The notes under the pieces were generated by a model that did not search any database, was not told where the DNA came from, and worked only from the letters and a program-made list of their open reading frames with translations. Of a stretch of 64,000 bases of DNA, positions 22,904 through 34,000 are shown one piece after another. Source of the stretch: Takakia lepidozioides (lineage: Eukaryota > Plantae > Bryophyta); NCBI GenBank assembly GCA_030704615.1, contig CM060733.1, positions 37,572,001 to 37,636,000 on the forward strand, given 5' to 3'. The number at the start of each line of letters is the position of its first letter. The first letter of the stretch is position 1. The translations under genes were made by a program, and so were the position numbers.

Positions 22904-25620
22904 CTAGTTCTCAATGAGCCATTTTCAGAAGATGAGCTTCTTAGAGCTATTCAATCTCTAGCTCCTCTCAAGGCCCCTAGTATTGATGGCCTTCTAGTAG
23001 AATTTTCTTAAAGCCCTTTGGGAGAATTAAGCTCTGTCAAGCTCTGACTTCCTGCAAATGGCGAATGATATCTTGGCTAAAGAAATCATGCCATCGCAGA
23101 TTTCGCAAGGTGTTATAGCTCTTATTTTCAAGAAAGGTGAAAGAGACCTCATCCGTAACTACATGCCAATCACCTTGAATTCCACTTATAAAATTATTGC
23201 GAAGGCTCTCGCCTATGCGTCTCCAACCATTCTTGCCAAATCTGGTGCGCCCTAAGCAGACGGGATTTATGAAGAATAAGATGATTTTAGATAATGTTCT
23301 CCTCTCCATCGAGGCTTTGCATCTAGCCAAGATTAATAACTGGCCTCTTGCAATGCTTTTACTGGACTTTGAGAAGGCATTCGATAATGTCGACTGGTCT
23401 CTGTTGCTGGGAGTTTTCCTGGGTCAAAATATTGCTATTCTCTGCATCTAGCAAAGTGCAGATCAACGGTGTCATATCCCCATCCTTCAAGCTGCATAGG
23501 TCGGTGAGGCAAGGTTGCCCACTCGCTCCCTTCCTCTTTCTTTTGGCCGCCGATTCTTTGACCCACCTGCTAGCCAACGATCACTCCATTCAGGGTCTTC
23601 AAATCCCTAGATCTTTGCCAGCCCCTCTCTCTGTCAACACCTCTATGTATGCAGACGATACTGTTCTCCTGCTGGACAACTCTTCGACAGCTAACGTCGA
23701 AGAAACTCTCTTGGCTCTCTCATCTTTCTGCTCGGCCTCTGGCCTTAAAGTTAATTGGAAGAAGTCCGTGGGTATTCTGTCGAAGCTTTCCATTGATGCT
23801 CCTCTATCACACATTGCCCCATGGGGAGATAATTTGGGCTTGCGCTGGTTACAGGATGGTCAATCACATACCTTGTTAGGCCACCTGATTGGACATGGCC
23901 TGTATGATCTTCAGCGTTTTGAGGCGGTTCTGGCCAGGATCAACCAGAGTCTTTCTTACTGGTCTTCCCTTCATCTGTCCATCACAGGAAGAGCTATTGT
24001 GGCAAATCAAGTTATTCTTGCTTCTTATTGGTTCTCGGCTTCAGTCTGGTATCCTGGGGCTCAAATAATTAAGCAAATCCAGACTATGACTAGGAACTTT
24101 GTGTGGGGAGGCACTTTAGCTTCCCCCAACAGAAGAGCCTTGGACAGCTGGTCCCAGATTACGCAAAAGAGGAAATTTGGTGGCTTGGGTATCTGTGACC
24201 CACAAACCCAAATAATCTCCCAGCTTGCCAAATGGGTCCCGAGAGTTCTTACAAATCTCTCTGCCCCTTGGAGCTTAATTGTTAGATGCCACATCCTAGA
24301 CGCCCATCCGTCTCCTGGTGCTTGGCCATAGTCTCTTAGATGGATTCTTCAGGGGGGAAGATCTCTCAAAGCGGGGGCCAATGGCTCAAAGGCTTGGCAA
24401 TCGATTTGGGTAGCATGGATGCATGTGAGACCTCACCTATTCCAGACCATCCCCTCTAGTGGAGGAGGTCTTAAGGCAGCTAGTATTTGGGAACTTTAAC
24501 GCAGATTCAGAAGTCCTTATTAAGTGCTCAGATAAGTGGGCTTCTTGGGAACATGTAGGGGTTTCGAACTTCTGTCACTTCTGGGAGGATGGGGCTTTCC
24601 TCCCGAAACATGTTGCTACTGTAGCACTATCGATGACGAAAAGCGACCGCCTGGGACACCATCGTCTCGAACATTCCCCCTCGCTGGCTCTCTATATGTT
24701 CCCTTCCACTCAATCAAAGGGCACTCCCATCTTGGCTGGGTAGGGGAGCTTCTGGACTGTTTGTGGCCTTCTATGCAACCTCCAGGGACTCTCAATCGCT
24801 CTTCGGGTTGGAATTCTCTTTGCATACTGACAGAGCCTTGGTCTCTCCCCACCCTGCATCTCATCAGGAAGCCGATTTATTTCCCATTAGGGTGTTTTCG
24901 GTTACCTCCGGGGCTTGTGATCCATAACCCCCCCCCTCAACCTTGCGCATTACGATGATTCTTTCATATGCTTTCTCTCTGCTCCTCTTAGGTTGCTTCT
25001 GTTTGACCCCGCTGAATGGCGTTGGATGGATAAGAAGCATACCCCCTTTTTTGGGTTCAAGGTGAAGCTGACTTATTCTCTCTTGCGGCCTCTAATGGCG
25101 CTCTTCGCTAGCAAATGGAACTCTAAGTGGAGGCATCTGCCTACCCTCCCTGCAGATTGGAAGTCCATTTGGGGAGATATCTGGAGAAACTCCAGTTCAT
25201 TCCTGGTTCCTCTGGCTTATGCTCGATATGCCAGGCAGGCCAAGATGAATCGATAGAGCACTGTCTGGTGTCCTATCCCCTAGCTGCATTCATTTGGTCT
25301 CGGGTTTGCAGATTCTATCAGTTTTGGAACCCACAGGCTTCCACGAATGCATCTGTCTTGCTTTTGAATTTACATATGTTGTGGAGCACTTGCCCCGTGT
25401 GGGTAGTTCTAAGGGCCCATACACTCTAGAGCATATGGAAGAGCAGATGCTCGCTGGTTTATGGGGGGACTCAACCTTGTATGAAATTATTGCTGCATAG
25501 GATACACTCCGACCTCATGACTGAGGCACGGAAAGCATGGCGGGTTTTGGGTGCAGCTCTTGCTAGATGAGCGCAAAGAAGGAGGCTGCAACTTCTCTCT
25601 TGCTTTGATAACACCTGGGG
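22904..25620 (+). pseudogene. L1 ORF2 3' part: reverse transcriptase and C-terminal zinc finger
   Basis: LIFKKG, YKIIAK, QTGF, LLDFEKAFDNVDW, SVRQGCPLAPFLF, MYADD, GLKVNWKKS, GGLGI, CSIC..ESIEHCL; frameshifts. Confidence 0.93.
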
Positions 25621-25969
25621 GAAAGGCGGACAACACTGCTCAAGAACATCAGAATCAGAGGTTATCTGGAACAACAAACTCCCGCCATGTTGGCAGCTCT
25701 ACTAGTGCGCAACAATCCTTGCAGCAGGAGGACTTGGATGTGAATTGGCGTCACAAGCACCTGAGGAAGGGCAAATCTAAAGCGCACCTTTCTTTCGACA
25801 TCTCTTCTAGATAGTCTCATTACTCCCTTCTCCTCTTCGCAGATCCATCTCGAACTCTGCCTGGTAGTTCTGGGGCCTAGGGGCACTGTCCCACTTTTCC
25901 TCCTCATGGTTGTTTCTCCGACGTTGTTTTTTCCTTGCTATTTATTAATAAAATTTCAGGGCGCCGTCC

Positions 25970-26681
25970 GGAAGATAATAGGAATAATGTAAGAACTTAA
26001 TGTACACGTGCAACCTCTGACAGGATGGTACGCCGGTTTCCGGCATGTCAAATCTTTCCCACCCTCTCTTGAGGGTGACATGGAACTGAAGGAGTGTCAA
26101 CTCCAGTCGGGGTTACACTGGGTTACACGACGAGGTGTGTAACTCCACTTGGGGTTACATCGGGTTACACGACAAGGTGTGTAACTCCACTCGGGGTTAC
26201 ACAGAATGGAGTGTAACTCCAGCCGGTGTAACCCACACTTGGTCTCAAAATTTGACTAAGTCCAAATGTGGCTAAGTATAAAATGGACCAACCAGAGTTA
26301 CATGAGAAATCGAGGTTACTGAGGGTTACATCGAGTGGAGGGTTACAACAATCGGGGTTACACCAAGTGGAGGGTTACAACAATCAGGGCTACACCAAGT
26401 GTAGGGTTACATCAACCGGGGTTACATTGCCACAACCTCCCATCAGGAACTGAACCTAGAACCTCACCACCTCCATATGCTGTCACCTTACCATCACGCT
26501 ACCCACCACAACTTGCAACCCACACGGATTCATAAGTATTTAATAGTGAAACCGAGATAATATGGGGTGGGGAGGATTTGACAGGAGCCCTGCCGGAGGA
26601 GCCCAGGTTGCCGGAATCCGGCGAAAGTAATGTCAGATCACACGCGTCCATTAAGTTCTTACGTTATTCCTATTATCTTCC
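25970..26681. mobile_element. Non-autonomous Mutator-like element (MULE-MITE), 712 bp
   Basis: TIRs GGAAGATAATAGGAATAA(T/C)GTAAGAACTTAATG, continuing imperfectly for ~100 bp. Perfect 9-bp TSD GCGCCGTCC (25961-25969, 26682-26690). Internal GGTTACA/TGTAAC repeats. Confidence 0.92.
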
Positions 26682-28049
26682 GCGCCGTCCCCTGTTAAAA
26701 AAAAAAGAAAAAAAAAGTGTAGGATCATATGGCAAACGTGTTGTGCCCAGCGTTTAAGTGCCACCGTGGCGAGGACGGCTTGTTGCGCCCGCTTGGCGCC
26801 AGCGTGGCGTGGAGGACGTGGCACCCCGCCCGCCCCGGCAGTAAGTATCCCCGCAGTCCCTGCCGAGGGCTGCGGACTGCGTTGGGCGAGGCTGCCAAAG
26901 CGAGCGATGGTGGAGAGCGCGTGCAGGCGAGCATCCATCTGAGTTGTGCGGAACTAGGTGCTTTGCAGCAGCCAGGTGAGCGGTGAGGTGCGGAAATGGA
27001 TTTGAAGCATGTCTTTGGAGACAAGGTGCGAGATTTCAAGGCAGATGCCAACTTCTCCAATCTGGGACTTTTCGGGAAGTCCGGATCTGGCAAGGTACTC
27101 CCTCTTCCGCTCTCCAATAAATCTCCTGTGTTTGTCTTGTAGTCGTATTCGCTCGAGACGTGTGTAATCCGTTTTGAATCCAGTGAGGATTTGTCCATGT
27201 AGACATTGCGGACAGAACTGTACGCAGAAGTCTAGCTTCCCCGCTTCCATTTTTCGCATACAATTGTGGGTCACTAGGGAGCGAGCGAGGTAGGAATATG
27301 TTGCGCACTCGCTTCACATTTGCAACCGAAATCCGGATAGCCGCCTCTTCTGCAATTTGTTCCTAGTACCTTCCGGTCGTTTGGCGTTGGTACTTGCGGG
27401 AAGTCCAAGCTGAGACCGGATGGGGTGATTCGTTTAATGTACAGTTGAATTAACACACGTAGGCAAGGTGTAAGGGCGACGGGAATTTCTGTGTCAACTA
27501 AAAAGGTTAGAGAATTTCGAAAAGGTTGACCTCAAGTATGATAAGTGCGAATGCTGGCAACCCATGTAGATCAATGACGGCCAGTGGTGCAATTGTCCGG
27601 AAAATCATGAGCTCGGATGGAGTAGCAACAGCTATGGGGGATAGAGCTTCAATTACTTTTCAGCTGCGTGATACTGGTGTGTCTCGGAGCTCTTGATTAT
27701 TTACCTGGGACTCTCTTTGTAATTGGCATGTGACTGGGGATGTCGGTTCAAGAAACTAAACATCAATGCCATTACAGAGGATCAAGCTGCAGCTGACGCC
27801 TGTCATCCAAGAATGTAGGCAGGTTCTATGCAGTCCTAATTGGCTGTAGACATCTGGAGGTCACAAAATTCTCATCTTGGTGAGCACAGGGGAACGGGTG
27901 TGAGGAAGGTTGTGAGTAGGGTTGAGGGGAGGAGTAAGGCTCCATGTGAAGTATCCAGCATACACGCAGTTAGTTGCAGGACGGATGTTGGGTTGCTGGT
28001 GCCTGGTTCAGACAGTTGACGCTTGTCTGGATGCACATGGGTTGGACAG

Positions 28050-31000
28050 GAAGACATGTTGAGCAATACGAGCACACCATCTCCGGATGTAAAGTTGTCA
28101 GTGGATAATGGGGTTTCTCGATCCAGTGTTGAAAAGAGGTTTGATGATGCTGGTGTACATCGAAACTGGACAGTTGTTCATCTTCGTGGACCAAAACCTG
28201 AACCTCGTTATTATGTGAGTTCCATACCAACTATTCCAGAAGGTTGTCTAAGGGCATATATTTTGGACGGTCCCTACCTTTTTTATGAGCTTGCACAGGG
28301 GTATTTGTGATTGTTTCATGTGTCGCCTCTGGTTGGTTTGTCGCAGTTGGTAGAACTTCGGCAAGCTCATAAGGTGGTGGGGCCCTGAATGTAGTCAATT
28401 TTGTGTAATGAGGGATGAAGAGGGCTGGTGCAGCATGCTGCGACAGTGGTGGGGCGAAGAATGCTTATTGCTGGCGGTGACACTGCTTCTGGACCTATCA
28501 GTGACGTGCAGGTTCTTTTTCTCTCTTTTGCTGATGGTGGGATCTGTTGTGCCATCCAACCTCTTTGTAGCCATGATGATCTGAGAAGGAATCCATATTA
28601 TGTAAGTATGTGAGAGAAGGTCGATAGTGATATTAAGGTACTCATCTTGCGGTAGCTTGTAAGGACCCTAGGAGCAGAAATGGAGGAGAGAACCATCCGG
28701 GGGCCCAGGCTTTGGTGGTAGGGGTTGGGCACAACTTAGGCTTACTGGGGTAAGGGGACCCGTCTTTGTTAAGGTTGGTTTGTCTTTACTGAGTTCGTCA
28801 AGGAACGATCTTGGCATCAAGTTTATTGCAGTTAGCAGGCTATACTGCAGACTTGGCTCTTCCGACAGCCTACTCTCAAGTCCCCACATTGAGTGCGAAA
28901 ATCCCATGCCTAACGTGATTCACACTGCAGTACAATATTGAATGCAATCTGATATACTCTACCTTGAGATTAGAAGATTAAAGAGCAAGGAAGGTTATAA
29001 ATGCTGCCCTTTCTCCATGAGGAGGCTGCCACTCAGTACTGCCACTATTTCTATCATCACTAGTAGGTGCCACAGACTGGTTTGTCAACACAACCTTAAA
29101 AAATAAAGGCGTCACCCTGAAATGCATCAAAGGCATAGGTACCTGGCGGCCAACTGTGCTGGTGTCAAACCAAGACATGGGGTCAACAGAACAGCTTTTT
29201 GTCAAAAAGGCCTTCATCTGTGCCATAGGTGGGCCTGCTCATCATAGACTAACCCAGGAAAGAACAGACGGCAAGGGCTGCAAGGCAGTGATTAAAAAAC
29301 CCTAAGGCATGGAGGAGAGAACTGAGGTGGTGGAAGGGTGGTGTGGGGCCTTGGGGGTGGGTTTGGCAGATGCTCCACCTTGGCAAGCTGATTTGGTTGG
29401 AGGCTGGTGTGGGACCCTCAGCACCCAGCCAAGGAGGGTTGCCAAAGACAGCAACTGCAGAGCATCTGCCTGCATGCAGAGGCCATAGTCTGGTGAGACC
29501 ACATCTGGCTGCTGTGTTACTTGCTGAGGTCTCCGGTTTGTTACATTGATAACTCTTGTTATGATGTCTGCAGATATCATGGGGAAAAACCGTGCTTCTG
29601 GTTGCTGGACAGATGGACCCTGTGGTTGATAGGGTTCAAGGTGGGCCCAGGACTTTGCTGAAGCTGATTTTAAGGAAATAGGGGTTGAGTGCCATGTTGT
29701 AGTTGCATCACTCCACTTTGTTTGTGTGCACACGGTTCAGCAAAAGTCATGTTTCAAGTTTCAACATTGCAGTATTTGCTACACATAATCATGTCTGGTG
29801 ACCATGTCTTAAATTACTAATGATAGCTTGGGGACTGGCAGTCTGGTCCTTTGATGTGGAGATGGAGTGTTGGAGAAAAGTTGCAGCTAAAGGGGAGATT
29901 CCGGTATGTCTCCTTCTCTGGATGACACTTTGGTAGCAGGTCTGTTACTGTGGTTTTCTCTTTGTTCTATACTGCTCCTGCTTCATGCCCTGGTGTGGTC
30001 CTTGCTGTGTCTTCTTGTGTTCTATGTCGGGGAGTTCATGGTCCAGGTCCAGGTGGAGTGGGTATCCATAGAAGGAGAGAAGTGTACTCATGCACTGTTT
30101 TTCCGTGTTCTAACTCTGCAGTGGGAAAATGAATTGACACCCAAAGCTTTGCATTTAGCTGTTTGAACCGCTTTTTGTATATGTGCATCCCAGTTGCAAG
30201 TGGAGGAAAACTCAACAACAAGATATGCGTAGGAGGAAGCACAGGGATCTCTTCGCTGCCCCATGTCCATTTGAGATCCCTCCTCCCTCCCCACAATCAT
30301 TAAGGCCACCACCGCGCATTTACTAACATTATCTTCCAGTCTCCACAGGTCAAAGTATCGCTTTGCACAATCAATCAACTCCTGAATATTGGATTGGGTA
30401 TCGCCTAGGCCCGCGAAGTCATCCAAAAACATTCAAGCTGCCATGGTGGCATTTACAGACCTTTAACTCAAATCCCTGGCTTTCCACATCTTCAAGTAGC
30501 TGATTGATGAAAACATTGAAGAGCACCGGGGAGAGGGCACAACCTTGAGCTACACCTTGGTCAATGGCTTGAGGGTCAGCCTCGAGATTATGGAAGTTGG
30601 TGAACAGAGGTGCAGGGACTATGTTCTTAATGGTCCTGAAGAGGGTCGCTCTCTTTTGAGAACACCTCGGACATTGTATCAGAGAATGGATATTGTTTTC
30701 AGGCTGCCCGCACATTGGGCATTCACAATCTCCCTTTCCTCTCTGCAGCAGACTCCTGCCCTGAGTTTAAATTTCTGTCTAGTGTGCTGAGGGTAGGTAG
30801 GCCCTTCAGAGGAGAGAGAGAGAAGAAAGAGTCTAGGTGGGCCTGCAGTTTTTGTGTGAGTAAAGGATGTCTATGGGACTGGGTGCAGGCAGCAAGGAGT
30901 GGGCAAAGCGTGACAAGAGCAGGGAGCATTTTGATTATGTTTGGGGGGGAAGATGCCAAGGGGCATAAACTAAGTGACTTGCACATCCTGGACCTGAAGT

Positions 31001-34000
31001 CACTCATGTGGCTGCCTCTACATACGACGTGAATTGGCCTAGCCTTTCTGCTACCCATTGCTCTCAGTTTCATGTGCCAAGGGGGGATGGAATGATCATA
31101 GCTGCTCATTAGGTTGTCTTCAGTTGAAGCTTGTGCTGTCATGGAGATTCTTTCCCTCACATGTGGTTGTGGCTGACTTCAGTTGGGTGGACTATGATGT
31201 AGAGGCCCTGGACCTTCACCACGAGCAAAGCATGCAGCTGCCATGTATGATGATCGTTTTTTACTGATATTTGGGGGAGCCTCCAAGTCCAAGCCTTTAA
31301 GTGATGTCTATGCACTTGATTTTGAAACAGTACGTTTTCCCCTGTGAATGTTGCTCTTTTCTGTGTTGGCAAGATTTTCAACGAAAAGCAAGGAGCATTT
31401 CATCTTCTGCTCAGAACATGGAAGTTTTAGGGGCAGGATGTGATCCCTTTGTGTTGTTGGTTGCAAAATAGGAGGGGTATTAGCTGTGCACTTTTGCATG
31501 AAGTGAGATAAACCTAGGGGACAACATTGACTAACAGGGGGTAGGTGCACAATCTACAGATGGAGTGGTCAAGGTTTGAAAACAAAGGCGTCTCTCCTTC
31601 ACCCAGGGCAGGGCATGCCAGTGTATTGGTTGGTGAAAAGTGGTATATCGCAGGTGGAGAAAATCGTGGTTTCGGTACATCCTTCTCCCTCATGCAAGCA
31701 GTTTGTTTCTTGGATCTTAGTGACTTTGTATTTGATGTAAATTGGCTTTCCATGTTTCATGAGTGATAGATGTTTAAGGACCACATTGGCATTTTGCAGG
31801 AGTGCTTGAAACCTTGGTGCTGGATATTACGAGGTCGACTTGGTCCGTGGTTGTTTTGACACCTCCTAATTCGCTTCTTGCCAACGAGGTCTGCTTAGAC
31901 ATTTGGTGATGCTTATTGCTTTGCATTTAGTAGGGTTTTTGATCTTGACCCCTATCCGTCAAGGACATTGTCGTTTAGTTCGTTGTTGTATCATCCATGC
32001 AAAATAAGGGCGTTGCTGGGACTTATGGAGTATGTACTTTGTGAAGAGTGCAATTGAGGTCATCCCATGTGCATACTGACTATGAAAAATAGAGTGCAGC
32101 AAGTCAAACAAATCCTTGTGTTTCCCTTCATCTTAAGAAAGGGCCACTCATGTCGTGAGGTATATGAAGAGCTTAATTGTGTGGATTGTAGAATAGTCAA
32201 TGCTTGTCTCATGAAGGTAGATGTCTTGAGGTGTCCTTAATATCTGGATCAATTTCAATACTTCTCTCATGTAAGTAGAAAATGAGCAAGATAGGTAGAA
32301 AGACAAAAAGCCTACCTCTTATCTTCTTGTATACATGGCAGGGTTTGAGCATGGTGCTGGTTCAGCGCAAGGAGAGAGCATTCTTAGTGGCATTCGGGGG
32401 ACGTGGCCGTGAACTTTCCAATGAGGTGCTTGCCTGTACTACCTTGCTTTCTCTGCAGTTGTTGCCAAAACATTTTCTCTTCGCATTGATTTGATCAAAC
32501 AGCTTGGGTGAGGTGATTTATTCTTGAATATCCAATTGTGAATGCTAGTACTGGTGCAAGCCTTTTGTCACTCATCCCTCTCTCTCTCTCTCTCTCTTGG
32601 ATGCTAGAGGATATCTGGAAAACCCGGATTAATTCTTTTTATGAAGGTAAGTCTTACTACCAACGTCAGCCCCTGACAGAGTAGGTTCTGTTCCTTTTTT
32701 CCCGCTCAAACTGGGCGCGGGGTCAATGGCCACAAGGCTACGGCCAACAACGTCTTATGAGTACAATCTCTTGGATGCTCTGGCTTCAGTGAGCATGGAC
32801 ACTAGTGTTTGAAGCATGTAGGATATCCTTCTTCCTCCCGCTCCCCTGGCCACTGTTACTCTGCCTCTCTCTCTCTTGCCGACATTGCATTGACTGGGTA
32901 AATAACTTTGTGGATGACATCGTGCAGTAAAATGCTGCATAGCTTGATCCTTCATCTGTATCCGTGATACACATCATGTCCTTGATTCCACCAAGTGAAG
33001 GAGGATGAGAAGAAGGCAAGCTAAATAAACTAAAATGTAGGCCATTTACAATGTGTATCCTCGTCGCTGTTGACTGTGTAGGTGCAAGTTTTGTACATAA
33101 CGCCGTCAGAGCGTTCGTCACCCACTTGTCAATTGGGGGGCAGTCTTGGAGATGCAGAGGCAAGTGATCTGCGGCAAAGTGCAGAAGCAGCATACTCAAC
33201 ACTCGTTGGAGCGGGGATACCTTGTGCATGTGTCAATGTGGCTAAAACCCATTTGATGCCGGTGGTAGAGCACCGCTCTATGCCACGCACTTCACCTTCT
33301 CACTCCCCCGGAAATGAGCATCTGGTGGACGCATCAGCATCCGGCCTAGTTCCTTTACGGAAGCCGTTCGCGGTTCCGCAAGACGTGGCCAAAGAGCAAA
33401 AGATTCATAAACAAGAACCTGAAGGGACTACCTTACAAGGTTTGGCAGAAAGCCCTTGGCAAGATGATACACCTCCGCAGCTCTGTAAGTTGGGGTCGCT
33501 CTCGGAGACGTAAGTATCATCTGTGCACGTGAAAGGTGAATGACTCTTGAAACCCCTGTCCAGGGGGGTGACTACAAGTGCTGGAGGTTTCCCAGTAGGG
33601 GGCCACTGCTCCAGACTCCCGTCATAACAATCTCTCTACACTCTCATGAACCTTGAATTCAAACCCAATTGGTGTAGTCCTAAGACAGTCAAAGAAAGCA
33701 AAGCAAGGTGAGGAAGGGCTTGCTAATACAGGAGGCATCTTCTTACTGCGCAGGTTTTACCAGGCCACTCTAAGTTGAACTTCAGGCTAGTGTCTAACAT
33801 GGGAATGGCCTTTCAGGTACTCCTGGAGAACCACTTCACATCCCTCCACTAAACTGTGCCATTTAAAGTACAATGGTAATTGTATCCACATTGGCTTCCA
33901 GTATCACAGTGTCTTCTAGCACCATGAATCAACATTTGTTTTTGCAAGGGCAACTTGAGAAGCAATCTAGGTTATCCTTGCCAGTGACTACAGTCGTTTC

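Larger units (their letters stand above)
7565..26716 (+). mobile_element. L1/Tx1-clade LINE, defective, interrupted by a CACTA element (9790-22903) and a Mutator-like MITE (25970-26681); 5' end approximate
   Basis: APE endonuclease, RT and zf-RVT motifs in order. The frame rejoins across the CACTA (..EPQHNL|VLNEPFSEDELLRAIQSL..KAPSIDG). AATAAA at ~25947 and an A-rich tail at 26697-26716. No TSD found. Confidence 0.9.

Noticed and set aside
26100-26430. GGTTACA repeat array as telomeric or CRISPR-like
   Set aside because: Irregular short repeats lying inside the MULE-MITE; no constant repeat-spacer structure.
26996-27145. Short ORF with LGLFGKSGSGK resembling a P-loop
   Set aside because: It lacks the following S/T, is only ~50 codons, and has no other NTPase motifs. 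Likely a 5' exon/UTR of the kelch gene.
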